64,000 nt of DNA, taken from positions 14,573 through 78,572 of the forward strand of contig CAWEMP010000013.1 in assembly GCA_963810205.1 (NCBI GenBank). Direction: 5' to 3'. Shown in pieces: positions 40,047 through 50,392 of this stretch (its first letter is position 1; the number at the start of each line of letters is the position of its first letter). The DNA is from an uncultured Acidobacteriota bacterium. GTDB taxonomy: Bacteria; Acidobacteriota; Thermoanaerobaculia; UBA5066; Gp7-AA6. A program made the position numbers and the translations under genes. The notes beneath the pieces are model-generated. The model was not told the origin of the DNA. It made no database searches and saw only the letters and a program-made list of their open reading frames with translations.

Positions 40047-41180
40047 TCAGGTGTTCAGGCCCTGGCGGAGCTCCCGCGCCAGGATCTCGACTGCCGAGCG
40101 GGTGCCGCCCGTCAGCTTCTCCTTCCAGACCGTCTCGGTCTCGAACCGCCGGTCACCGATCGCCTCGGCCCAGGGCCGGAGCGCCGCGTCGAGCTCGCCG
40201 GCGGACCAGACGTCGCCGCCGCGCTTCCTGACCATGGCGATGACGTACGGGACGATGCGGATGAAAGCGCGCAGCGACGTCGAGCTCTTGATCGAGTACT
40301 TGCGCCCGGCGAACGCCGCGGGGAAGGCCCGGGCGGCGGCCTTGAAGTAGTTGAGGAAGAAGCGGCGGGCATTCTCGCGAAACTCCCGGGCGACGCGTCC
40401 GCCGGCCGTGTCGATGGCGGCGAAGACGTCGCGCAGCTCGTCGGCGAGCGAGGCCTGCGTGACGGTGCCCTTGCCGATGCCGAGGACCTTGATCGATCCC
40501 CTCAGGGGCGAGCCCTCGTCCTCGTTCAGGGTGCGGATGACGTCGTGGGCGGCGGCCAGGTTGTCGTCGCGGTAGAGGCGGCGGCCGGCGAGCGAGATCA
40601 GGTGCGACGGGTTCAGCTTCGTGTGCTTGCTGTTGATCGTGACGAAGAGCTCGACGACCTGGTCGGCCGTGAGGCTGTCGAAGACGACGGCCGGCACCTG
40701 GAAGTCGCGCAGACTGTGCTTCTCGGCGAGCTGGTGCAGGGCGAGCAGGCGGTGCTGGCCGTCGAGCGCCCGGAGGATCCCGGACTCCTCGGGGAGCTTG
40801 AGCGAGCCGGCGTCGGCCCGGCCCCCCGAAGGCGCGAACTCCAGGCGCTTCTCCGAAACGAGCAGGACGCTGCCCGGGATGGCCGGAAGGGTCCCGGAGT
40901 CGGCGCACTGGAGGTAGTACGCCACGAGCTCGTCGATCTTCCTCTTGATGATCGGCCTCTGGAAGGCATGTTCCGAGGCGGCGATCCGCTTCTCCAGGAA
41001 CTCCCAGTTGACCCGTCCGGGGGCCGCTTTCGACTTGCCGCGGGTCGTTTCGCTGCCGGGGCCGAAGGAAAGCACCTCGAAGCCGACCAGGGACTGCAGG
41101 TCCGCGCCCGAGAGCAAAGCCTCGTAGAACCGCACTCCAAACTGGTTCAGCCGAAGCGAGGGCACCGAGACCATTGTCAC
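40047..41180 (-). CDS. DGQHR-domain protein (ParB-like nuclease superfamily; DndB/DpdB-like)
   Basis: LRALDGQHRLLAL motif and the ...VTINSKHTKL region. 377 aa. Confidence 0.8.
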   Translation of the reverse strand: MTMVSVPSLRLNQFGVRFYEALLSGADLQSLVGFEVLSFGPGSETTRGKSKAAPGRVNWEFLEKRIAASEHAFQRPIIKRKIDELVAYYLQCADSGTLPAIPGSVLLVSEKRLEFAPSGGRADAGSLKLPEESGILRALDGQHRLLALHQLAEKHSLRDFQVPAVVFDSLTADQVVELFVTINSKHTKLNPSHLISLAGRRLYRDDNLAAAHDVIRTLNEDEGSPLRGSIKVLGIGKGTVTQASLADELRDVFAAIDTAGGRVAREFRENARRFFLNYFKAAARAFPAAFAGRKYSIKSSTSLRAFIRIVPYVIAMVRKRGGDVWSAGELDAALRPWAEAIGDRRFETETVWKEKLTGGTRSAVEILARELRQGLNT

Positions 41181-41294
41181 CTCCTGGCCGTCCGGGTCGC
41201 CCGGGGGGTCGGATTCCCGTTCCGGGCGGCGAAAGCGTATACCGCCGTCAGGGGGTTTGGAGCCTAGAGAAATGACTCCCGGGCAGGTGGTCTT

Positions 41295-41639
41295 TCAGGG
41301 CGGCGAGACGGTCTTCCAGTCCTGGCCGGCCACCATCTGGTCGTAGATCGCGCTCGCGCCGGTCAGGATCCCGGTCAGCTCGACGGTCAGGATGGCCGCC
41401 AGGTCGGGGAGGGCCTCCGGCCGGGCCACCGGGACCGAGCACTCGACGGTGGACTGGCCGAGCGAGGCGAAAAAGGGCGAGGGCCGGCGGGTCCAGTCCG
41501 AGTCGCTGCGCCGGTGCTTGGTCATGAGGAAGGCGGCCAGCCGGCGCTCGTCCCAGGGCTCGGACATCGTCCAGGAGAAATTCGCCCGCAGGCCCTTTTG
41601 CTCGATGGACGGGGCTTCGCTCGCCAGGGTAATCGACAT
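41295..41639 (-). CDS. Hypothetical 114-aa protein immediately upstream of the DGQHR gene
   Basis: ORF only; no recognisable motif. Confidence 0.35.
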   Translation of the reverse strand: MSITLASEAPSIEQKGLRANFSWTMSEPWDERRLAAFLMTKHRRSDSDWTRRPSPFFASLGQSTVECSVPVARPEALPDLAAILTVELTGILTGASAIYDQMVAGQDWKTVSPP

Positions 41640-41681
41640 GGGACTGGCTAAACGATAGCATCACCGCGTTCTTCCAGGACC

Positions 41682-42434
41682 GTGAAAAGAGCGCTGCCGC
41701 TGTCTCTTCTGCTGCTCGCCGGCGCCGCCGCCCGCGGCGTGCCCGCCGACGAGAACGTCTATGCCTCGCATCTGATGGTCGACCAGGACGTCGTGGTCTC
41801 GGCGCGCATCACGGGCATCGTCGAGTCGATCGCGGTCGACCGGGGCACCGCGGTCGCGCAGGGCCAGACGCTGGCGACGCTCGACACCCGCGCCCTCGAT
41901 GCCGACGTGCGCGAGGCCAAGGAAGACATGGACCTGAAAAAGGCCGTGTACGACCGGGCGCAGGCCCTGGCGAGCTCGAAGGTGATGAGCGTCCAGGACC
42001 TCGACGAGAAGAAGGCCCAGTACGCCGTCGCGGTCGCCCGCTGGGAGAAGACGAAGACGCAGCGCGACTACGCCGTGATCCGGGCGCCGTTTGCGGGCGT
42101 CGTCACCGAGAAGTACGCCCGGATCGGCCAGAAGGTCGTCGAGGACGGCAGCGAGCCGCTCTTCAAGATCACCGCGACCGAGCCGCTGCTCGCCCGCATC
42201 TACCTGCCGGAGGACCGGCTGCTCCAGGTCCGGGTCGGCGACCGGGTCGAAGTCGTCCCGGAGCGGTTCCCCGACGCGAAGACGACCGGGGAGATCCAGT
42301 TCATCAGTCCCACCGTCGACGCCGCGAGCGGGACCTTCCAGGTCGTCGTGCGCGTCCGGCGCGAACCGGGCAAGACGGTGTTGCGACCCGGGACGGCGGT
42401 CAAGGTGCGCTTCCAGGCGCCCGCGGCGCATTAG
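41682..42434 (+). CDS. HlyD/RND membrane-fusion-protein family periplasmic adaptor
   Basis: Signal peptide, coiled coil, and IRAPFAGVV lipoyl-like motif. Confidence 0.75.
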   Translation: MKRALPLSLLLLAGAAARGVPADENVYASHLMVDQDVVVSARITGIVESIAVDRGTAVAQGQTLATLDTRALDADVREAKEDMDLKKAVYDRAQALASSKVMSVQDLDEKKAQYAVAVARWEKTKTQRDYAVIRAPFAGVVTEKYARIGQKVVEDGSEPLFKITATEPLLARIYLPEDRLLQVRVGDRVEVVPERFPDAKTTGEIQFISPTVDAASGTFQVVVRVRREPGKTVLRPGTAVKVRFQAPAAH

Positions 42435-42465
42435 GGCGCGCCGGGACGACGCCGGCGCGACGCCC

Positions 42466-43176
42466 ATGGCGCCGAGACCCTCCCGCTCCACGGCGCGCCT
42501 GCGCTCGGCGCTCGACCGGATGCTGGTCCACGACGTGAAGAACGTGTCGTTCCGGCTGCGGCTCCTCCTCTCGAACATCGACGAGCACTGGGAGGACGCC
42601 GAGTTCCGGAAGACCGTGCGGGAACTGCTGGCGTCGACGGTCGAGCGTCTGGAGGGCCTCGCCGGCCGGTTCGTCGAGCGCCAGGACGCGGTGCTCGTCA
42701 AGATCGAGCTCGACGTCAACGAGCTCCTGCGCAAGGTGGCGGACAAGCCGACCCGCCGCGGCCACCGGTCGACGGGAGCCGGGCCCTCGCTCTCGTTCGC
42801 GCTCGGCGCCGTTCCTCGCATCTGGGGCGACCCCTTCTACCTCGGCGATGCCTTCGGAAGCCTCCTCGAAAACGCCTGGGAGGCGGCGATCCCCGAGGGC
42901 AAGGTCGTTCTCCGGAGCTACACCGGGGGCACGACGCGCCGGCCCCGCGCCGTCGTGGAGTTCATCGACAACGGCGCCGGAATGACGCCCGAGTTCCTCC
43001 GGGACCGCCTCTTCCAGCCCTACGAGACGACCAAGCCCCAGGGCGTGGGCCTGGGGCTCGCGACCGCCGGCCAGATCGTGAAGTTTCACCGGGGCTCGAT
43101 CCGCATCCTCTCGCAGTCGGGCGGGGGGACGCTCATTCGCCTCTCGCTGCCGGGAATTCCGGGAGGACCGGGTTGA
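42466..43176 (+). CDS. Soluble histidine kinase-like protein (H-box LVHDVKN; HATPase_c with DNGAGM, GLGL)
   Basis: C-terminal 236 aa of the 42091..43176 ORF. Confidence 0.65.
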   Translation: MAPRPSRSTARLRSALDRMLVHDVKNVSFRLRLLLSNIDEHWEDAEFRKTVRELLASTVERLEGLAGRFVERQDAVLVKIELDVNELLRKVADKPTRRGHRSTGAGPSLSFALGAVPRIWGDPFYLGDAFGSLLENAWEAAIPEGKVVLRSYTGGTTRRPRAVVEFIDNGAGMTPEFLRDRLFQPYETTKPQGVGLGLATAGQIVKFHRGSIRILSQSGGGTLIRLSLPGIPGGPG

Positions 43177-44558
43177 GCGAGACGGCCGCGCGGCCTTCCG
43201 GGCGGATCGTGATCGTCGAGGACGATGCCGACCTGCTCGAGCAACTGACGTGGGCCCTCAAGGGAAAGTTCGCCGTCTCGGCGGCCCGCGACGCGACGCA
43301 CGGCCGCGTGCTCTGCGAGTCGGAGCCCGATCTCTACCTCTTCGACCTGCGCCTGCCGCCCTCCGGGCAGGTGCAGGAGGGCCTCGATCTGCTGCGCCAC
43401 GTGCGCCAGCGCGATCCGGAGGCGACGGTCGTGATGATGTCGGGCGAGGGCGAGCGGCGATACGCGCTGCAGGCGATTGCGCTCGGCGCCTTCGACTTCT
43501 TCCAGAAGCCGATCGATACGGCCGAGCTCCTGCTGATCCTGAATCGCGCGCTCGAGCGCCGGCGGCTCCTCGCCGAGAACCGGGAGCTGCGGCAGGCCGC
43601 GCAGCCGGCGAGGCCTCTCGACCGCCTCGTGGGCCGCAGCGCCGCCGATGCGTGCCCTGGCGCGGGACATCGAGAGGGTCGCGGGAAGCGACGCCACGGT
43701 GCTCATCTTCGGCGAGAGCGGCACGGGCAAGGACCTCGTCGCGCAGTCGATCCACGCCGCCGGCCCCCGGCGCGACCGGGCGTTCGTGCCGGTCAACGCC
43801 TCGGCGCTTCCGGAATCGCTCGCCGAGGCCGAGCTCTTCGGTCACGAGAAGGGCGCGTTCACCGGCGCGATCGCGTCGCGGCCGGGCCGGTTCGAGCTCG
43901 CCCAGGGCGGCACGCTCTTTCTGGACGAGATCGGCACGCTCTCGCCGGCGGTCCAGTCGAAGCTGCTGCGCGTTCTCGAGAGCCGCGAGGTCGAGCGCGT
44001 CGGCGGCCGGCGGCCGATCCCGGTCGACTTCCGGCTGATCTCGGCGACCAACGAGGACCTCGAGGCGCGCGTCGCCGCGGGCACGTTCCGGGAGGACCTC
44101 TTCTATCGCATTCACACGGTGCCGCTTCGCATCGCGCCGCTGCGCGAGCGGGGCGAGGACATCGCGCTCCTCTCCGAGCACTTTCTCGCGCTCTTCGGGC
44201 AGCGGCACGGGAAGGTCGACCTGCGCCTGTCCGCGGGTGCCCTCGCGCGGCTCCAGGCTCATGCCTGGAAGGGAAACGTGCGCGAGCTGCAGCACGTCAT
44301 CGAGATGCTCGTCCTCTTCTCGCGACGCCCCCGAGATCGGCGAGGAGGAGCTGCCGAGGGCCCTCCGGGAGGGGCCGGCGGCGGTCGGGACGCGCCGCGG
44401 CGCCGGCGAAGGACTTCGCGTCGGCCGTCGAGGAGTTCGAGCGCCGGACGCTCTCGGCGGCGATCGCGGCGGCCGGGGGCGTGAAGGCGGAGGCGGCTCG
44501 ACGGCTCGGGCTCGACGCGAACCAGATCAAGTACCTGTGCCGGAAGTACGGGCTCTAG
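43173..44558 (+). CDS. Sigma-54-dependent response regulator (REC + AAA+ + Fis HTH); two compensating frameshifts
   Basis: The REC domain and HTH lie in the 43173 frame. The AAA+ core (GESGTGKD, GAFTGA) lies in the 43648..44484 frame. Confidence 0.7.
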   Translation: MSETAARPSGRIVIVEDDADLLEQLTWALKGKFAVSAARDATHGRVLCESEPDLYLFDLRLPPSGQVQEGLDLLRHVRQRDPEATVVMMSGEGERRYALQAIALGAFDFFQKPIDTAELLLILNRALERRRLLAENRELRQAAQPARPLDRLVGRSAADACPGAGHREGRGKRRHGAHLRRERHGQGPRRAVDPRRRPPARPGVRAGQRLGASGIARRGRALRSREGRVHRRDRVAAGPVRARPGRHALSGRDRHALAGGPVEAAARSREPRGRARRRPAADPGRLPADLGDQRGPRGARRRGHVPGGPLLSHSHGAASHRAAARAGRGHRAPLRALSRALRAAAREGRPAPVRGCPRAAPGSCLEGKRARAAARHRDARPLLATPPRSARRSCRGPSGRGRRRSGRAAAPAKDFASAVEEFERRTLSAAIAAAGGVKAEAARRLGLDANQIKYLCRKYGL

Positions 44559-44682
44559 TCGGTTGATAAATTCACCCTCCGGTGGGACAAAATTTCAACC
44601 AAACGGGCTTTTGCCGTTTGCGTCTAAATTCGCAAGCCCTTTTGCGACAGTGTTTAGTCGTTTTCTGCTGGGATCCGAATTC

Positions 44683-44699
44683 TGGCCTTCTTCTTGCCT
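44683..44699 (+). promoter_or_regulatory. Candidate sigma-54 (-24/-12) promoter TGGCCttcttcTTGCC
   Basis: GG and GC spaced exactly as in the TGGCAC-N5-TTGC consensus, about 30 nt before ATG 44730. Confidence 0.45.
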
Positions 44700-44729
44700 C
44701 TTCTATTCGGCAACAGAAGGAGGATCAAC

Positions 44730-45160
44730 ATGGGTAATGAAGTCAAGATCAAGCTGACGGACGCTCAGAAATCCAAGATCAAGGAAGCCACGGGCAAGGA
44801 CCTCCCGGAGATCCGCGTCGAGACGTTCGGCTCGAGCCCGGCCTCGATGTCGGCGAGCTCCCCGCTGAAGGCCACCCGCGCCATGCGCGCCGCCAAGTCG
44901 CTGCGTGCCGCGAAGTCGTTGCGCGCCGCGAAGTCGCTGCGTGCCGCGAAGTCGCTGCGTGCCGCGCAAGTCGCTGCGTGCCGCGCAAGTCCCTGCGCGC
45001 CGCGAAGTCCCTGCGCGCCGCGAAGTCGCTGCGTGCCGCGAAGTCCCTGCGCGCCGCGAAGTCCCTGCGTGCCGCGAAATCGCTGCGTGCCGCGAAGTCC
45101 CTGCGCGCGGCCAAGTCGCTGCGTGCCGCCAAGTCCCTGCGCGCCGCGAAGTCCCTCTAG
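44730..45160 (+). CDS. Small protein: 55-aa Lys-rich N-terminal region followed by about 16 tandem KSLRAA hexapeptide repeats; two indels in the repeat array
   Basis: GAAGGAGGA RBS. MGNEVKIKLTDAQKSKIKEATGKDLPEIRVETF... The 44978..45160 ORF reads (KSLRAA)n to the TAG. Confidence 0.55.
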
Positions 45161-46062
45161 GAGTCGTCCCTTCCCCGGGAACGCCCCGCTTCGGCGGGGC
45201 GTTTCTTTTTCACCACCAGACGAGGGTCTGGATCCAGTGGCCGACGACCCGGCCACGTGCGCCAGAGGAACGACTTGCGCCCCAGCCGGATCTTGGCCTG
45301 CCCGCTCATCCCGGGCAGGTCTCGCCCGTCGGCGTTGTCGAACTGCACCACCGCGATGAATCGCTCCGGCGACTCCGACGGCCGCATCGTGGTCTTCGAG
45401 CCGTCGGACGGTCCGGGGACGGTCTCCGCGGCCGCGCCGATGCGCACGATCTTTCCGTGCAGGATCGAGGCCGGCCGCGCCGACAGCTGCAGGGACACGG
45501 GCGAGCCGACCCGAAGATAGGAAAGGAGCCGCTCGCTGACGGGGATCTCGGCCTTGAGCCGGTCCGACCTCGCCGACTTCGGCGATCAGATCTCCGGTCC
45601 TGAGGAAACGTCCCTGGAGGTCCTGGACGCGGGGCGTCAGGAGGCGGCCGTCGATCGGGCTGGCCACCGAGAGCCGGCGGAGGCGGTCCTCGTCCCGTGC
45701 GAGGGCGAGCGCCGAGGCAGCCTCGCGCTGCTCGGCGCGGTACACGCCGGAGGCGTCGCCGGCCTGGCGCTGGCGGCTGGCCTGCTTCAGGAGGCCTTCC
45801 CGCTCGGCCGTCGCGCCCGCGATTCCTCGAGGCGACGGCGGGGCTCGCCATGAGCGCAACGGCTTCTCCGGCTCGCACCGGGTCGCCCTCCCCGGCCTTC
45901 ACGGAGACGACGATCCCGTCTTCCGGAGCCTCGAGCCGCACCGACGTCCACGGCGCGAGGATGGCCGTCGTTTCGAAGCGTCCACGGCGCCCAGGGCACC
46001 GCGACGAGCAGGAGGACGGCGGCTGCGATGGACAGGACGGCGACACGGGCGCGTCGCGACAT
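45157..46062 (-). CDS. HlyD-family secretion protein (copy b); at least 3 frameshifts
   Basis: N-terminal TM MSRRARVAVLSIAAAVLLLV. Fragments SPIDGRLL, LPGMSGQAKIRL in other frames. Confidence 0.45.
45181..45210 (+). terminator. Rho-independent terminator (acgccccgc ttcg gcggggcgt + TTTCTTTTT)
   Basis: Seen in sequence, 20 nt after the TAG. Confidence 0.7.
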
Positions 46063-47424
46063 GAGCAGCTCCTTCTTGTCGAGGTAGACGAGGCGGACGC
46101 CCTGCAGAACCGTGCGGACGCTGCTTGCGAAACAGGCGGAGCAGGGTCAGGGCGAGCAGGACGCCGGCGACGTTGGGAAAGTACTTCGCATAGAAGTTGT
46201 AGAAGAGGTGCGCCGATGAACAGCATGATCACAACGACGAAACCGAGCGCCAGCGGCCCGTAGATCGAGGAAGATCCGGCGCTTGCGGCGCGAGAGCACG
46301 GGGACCTCGACGTTGAGCCGCAGGACGTGCTTCTTGAAGAGGGCGGCGAGGTACTCGAACGAATCCTCGCGCAGCTCCGGGATCTCGAGGACGCTCGCAA
46401 GGGCGTAGTAGCCGTCGATCTTGATCGAAGGGGATTGATGTTGAAGAAGAGCGTCGAGATCCCGGTGAAGAGCATCAGCTTGTACGACAGCTCGTGGAGA
46501 AGCGTGTCCGGGTAGGAGACGACCCAGAGCGCGACCGCGAAGCAGCAGATGATGGCCTCGATGTACATGCCGGCGAGCATGACCCAGAGCCGGTGCCACT
46601 TGCTTCTCGAAGAGAAGGGCGTCGGTCGTGTCGCAGTAGAAGGCCGGCATGAAGTAGAGCAACGCGACGCCGATGTCGTGCACCTCGCCGCCGTAAAACT
46701 TGCACGACGTAGCCGTGCGCGAGCTCGTGGATCAGGCCGATGAAGCAGAGAATGAAGAAGAACTGGACCGCGTCCCAGAAGGGCTTGCGCAGGAACGCGT
46801 AGAGCTCGAGGGTCTGCTCCCAGATGGGCGTCGAAGTGGCTGACGATGACCCCGGTCATCATCGCGATCAGGACGAGCGAGATCGCGACCGTCGGGGGCC
46901 GCCAGATCCAGCGGACGTACTTCTGCGTGCGGTCGAGGAAGCGGTTCGGGTCGAAGACGTGGAACGGGATGAGGAAGATGTCGAACCCCTCGGCCTTTTG
47001 CTCCGCCGTCCGCCGTCGGGCGTCCTTGATCCGGGCGAACTCCTGGAGGTTGCGCTCCGCGGCGGACTGCTCGAGCAGGTCCATGCCGTGCAGCATCTCC
47101 TCGTATTCGGGGACGAGGGAGGTCTCGATGACTTCGTTCGGGAACTGGGCCTGGTAGACGGCGTGGATCTCGGACAGCGTCCGCGTCCCGTCGAAGAGGC
47201 TCGATCAGGCCCCAGGTGCCCTCGTCGAAGCTGTAGTACTTGGTGGTGTCCGGGTTCTTGACGACCCACTGAACCTCGCCCATCTGGACGATGCGGCGCG
47301 CGATGAGGTTCTTCTTGAGCGCCGGCCGGTCTCCGGCCCGGCCGTGCTTCGCCGCGAGCGCGGCGGCGCCCTTCTCGAGGGGCGCCGCGGAGACGAGGGT
47401 CGACGCGCGCGCGACGGCGCTCAC
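46060..47424 (-). CDS. Peptidase M50 (site-2-protease-like) family membrane protein with HELAH motif; at least 2 frameshifts; C-terminal boundary unresolved
   Basis: GTG start overlapping the upstream stop (GTGA). FFILCFIGLIHELAHGYV...FYGGEVHDIGVALLYFMPAFYCDTTDA. Lower-coordinate boundary approximate. Confidence 0.45.
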
Positions 47425-48330
47425 GGGAGGAGCGGCCAGATCTTGTGCCAGAGGTAACGCAGGGGCTTGCGAAAGAGCACCGCGCCGAGCCGGCGCGTCC
47501 CGACGGAGACCTTGCCTTGCCCGAGCATGCCGGACTTCGGAGCGCCTCCGCGGGATTCTCGACGCGGACCTCGGCGATGACGAAGCGCTCTTCGCCCTCC
47601 TCGCGCAGGGCGGCGCCGACGCGCTGCGACCTGGCCTCGGAAGACGCGTGTCGGGAAGGGATTCATCTTGAGCGCCACCGGCTGCCCGGCCTTGAGCAGC
47701 GCCGACGTCGGCCTCGGGGACCGCGACCTCGGCCGTGACGCTGTCGACGTCGGCGACGACCGCACAGCTCGGCGCCCGCGACGAGCGCCTGTCCGACGCG
47801 CTGCTCGATGTGGGGCGTGACGAGGATGCCGGCGATCGGCGCGCGGAGGACGGTCTTCGCGAGCTGTTCCGTCTCGAAGGCGAGTCGTGCCGCGGCCTCG
47901 TCGCGGCGGGAGCGCGCCTCGAACATCGACGCGGCGTCGCCGGCTTCCGTGTGCCGCGCGATGTCGCTCTGGGCGATCCCCAGCGTCGCCCGCGCCTCCG
48001 CCATCGACGCCAGGTAGCTTCTCGTCCTTGAGCATGGCGATCGACGTCGCCGGCGGCGACATGGTCGCCTTCCCGGTGCTTCACTTCGCGGACGATCCCT
48101 TCGACGCCGGCCGTGACGGAGGCCCGGCGCCCGGGCAGCACGCGTGCCGGCCCGTCGACCTTAGGGGCCACGGCAGAACGACGAGGGCGAGGATCGCCGC
48201 CAGCGTTCCGATGAGCCCAGGACTGGCGCCGGCGCTTCGGGATCCCCTGGAGCTTTCGGCGCTTCTCGAGCAGCGGCTCCCAGAAGCCGGCGAGCGGGAC
48301 GTGCTTGTAGAGCTGGGCGTTGCGGACGGC
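47421..48330 (-). CDS. HlyD-family secretion protein (copy a); frameshifted
   Basis: C-terminus ...GMLGQGKVSVGTRRLGAVLFRKPLRYLWHKIWPLLP. Lipoyl-like VTAGVEGIVREVKHREGDHV upstream. Upper-coordinate boundary approximate. Confidence 0.4.
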
Positions 48331-49867
48331 GACGGTCGCCTGGTTGACGAGGATGGAGAGCAGGTCCCGCGTCTCCTCGTCGAAGATCAGGGCCTCCTGG
48401 CTCTCGAACCCGAGCACGCCGAGCTTGCCTTCCTCGTCCTTGAGCAGCACGCCGAAGAAGGAGCGCAACCCCGTTTCCGCGAAGATCGCGCGGAACTTCT
48501 CCTCGGTCTCGGGCCGGTCCGCGGTGATGGCTCCGTCCTCGGTCTGGGTGACGATCGCGTCGCGTCCCCGAGAGGAACACCCACTGGAGGAGGTCGTCCA
48601 TGCGGCGCACGCCGGCGTCCTTGCGGTCGATTTCGGCCGCGCCCGAGACGGCGCCCAGGCGCAGCTTTCCCTTGGCGTGGATGGCGATGGCGCAGCGGTC
48701 GTACGCGACGAGCGCCGCGGTCGCGTTGACGATCGTCTGCATGACCTTGTCGAGGTCCAGCGTCGCGGTGATCTCGCGGCTGACGGCGAGGAGCGCGTCG
48801 AGCTCTTCGACCTTCTTCTCGGCCTCGTGCTGGCGGGCGATACGCAGGGCCCGGACGGCCTGGCGGGCGATGTCGTGCGAGCAGCTCCTCGTCCTCCGCC
48901 GAGAACTCGGGATGCCGGCCGCGCTTGTTCGCGACGACGAGCGCGCCGATCGAAATCTCGTCTTCCACGAGGGGACGCGGCGAGCACGGAGCGGACGGGG
49001 TAGAGCGGGTTTTCCGTGGAGACGGGATCGGACTCGGGGATGCGGTTGCGGCGCATCGGGTTCTGGTCGGCGATGACGTCGCCGACGACCGTGCTGCCGA
49101 CGTGGTCGGGGGGCGATTCGACCTCGTAGTTCTCGTTGATCGCCATGGCCGCGACGGTGACGTCGTCTTCGCCCTCGAGGATCCAGAGGCAGGCCGCCTC
49201 GCCCGTGACGAAGTCCGCGGCCTTGCGAACGATCAGCTCCGACAGCTCGTCCGACGTCGATCGTCGAGCCGAAGGCCTTGGACAGGTCGTAGAGGTTCGT
49301 GAGCCTCTCGATCGCGTGGAGCATGCCGACCGTCTTGCGCTCGGACCGGAGGGCCCGTCCGAGGGCCGGCGCGGCCTGCTCGAGGAAGGCCTCGAGGCGG
49401 GCGAGCGCGACCTCGGCGTCGGGCATCTCGGTGAAGAAGATGGCCAGCAGCCCGACGACCAGTCCCTCGGCCTCGAGCGGCACCGCGATGCACGCCCGAT
49501 AGCCGGGGAGGCCGCGCACGAAGGGGTCGCTGGTGGCGAGCTCTTCGCCGGTCAGCACGATCGGCTGACGGTCGCGAACCAGGTCGCGGATGTAGCCGGA
49601 GTCCCGCGGCGCCGACCGCCTCAGGAACTTCTCGACGCCCTCGCCTTCGGCGCCGATGCAGAGGAAGAGGGGATGGACCGTGTCGGGCGCCCAGAGCAGC
49701 GTCGCGTCCGCGCCCGCCATCGACGCGCTCCAGCGCGCGGCCCAGCCGGAGGTCTGGGCGAGGTTCTCGCAGAGGGCGAGCTCCGCCAGGGCCGAGACCT
49801 GCGCGTCGGCCCGGTCCTTCTCGGTCTCGACCGGCTCGTCGTCCGGTCCCTGGGGTTCGTCCGCCAA
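48330..49867 (-). CDS. Multi-GAF-domain protein (at least 3 GAF-like segments across frames); several frameshifts
   Basis: Start MADEPQG...; GAF-like blocks in three frames. Lower-coordinate boundary approximate. Confidence 0.45.
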
Positions 49868-49904
49868 CGGTCTCCTTCCGGAAACGACAACCGGAGCTCC
49901 GGGA

Positions 49905-50240
49905 TCAGAAGCTCGAGAGGGCGGCCTCCATGTCCTCGTGGATCTCGAAAACCGAATCGAGCTTGGTCATCTGAAGGAGCTTGCGAATCTGGGGGCCGGC
50001 GTTCAGGAGCTTCGTCTGCCCGCCTTCCTTCTGCGAATTGGTCAGCGCCCGCACCAGAGCGCCCAGTCCCGAGCTGTCGAGGAACCCGACCGCCGAGAGG
50101 TCGACCAGCAGGTTCACGCGCCCCTCTTCGAGGAGCCTCGTGACCGTCTTCTTGAAGTTGGTCTCGGCGTCGCCGATGACCAGGTCTCCCGTGACCGTGA
50201 CGATGGTCACGCTTCCGTCGTCTCGCGTCTCCAGATCCAT
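49905..50240 (-). CDS. STAS-domain anti-sigma-factor antagonist (SpoIIAA-like)
   Basis: 111 aa with VDLSAVGFLDSSGLGAL. Confidence 0.75.
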   Translation of the reverse strand: MDLETRDDGSVTIVTVTGDLVIGDAETNFKKTVTRLLEEGRVNLLVDLSAVGFLDSSGLGALVRALTNSQKEGGQTKLLNAGPQIRKLLQMTKLDSVFEIHEDMEAALSSF

Positions 50241-50392
50241 AGAAGTGGGCGGATTATGTCAAACAATCGGATTTGCAAGACCGGGAGCGTGAAACCCGGC
50301 CATGGCGGCGGCATCGAAGGTGCGGGAGTGAAGCTGTGAGCCCTTTTGGCCGGATTCGGACGGGACGGGGAAAGATCCGCCCGGGCCCCGGA

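Noticed and set aside
44875-45157. 18-bp perfect tandem repeats considered as a possible CRISPR or VNTR array
   Set aside because: No spacers; the repeats are contiguous, in frame and coding (KSLRAA)n. Treated as a coding tandem repeat instead.
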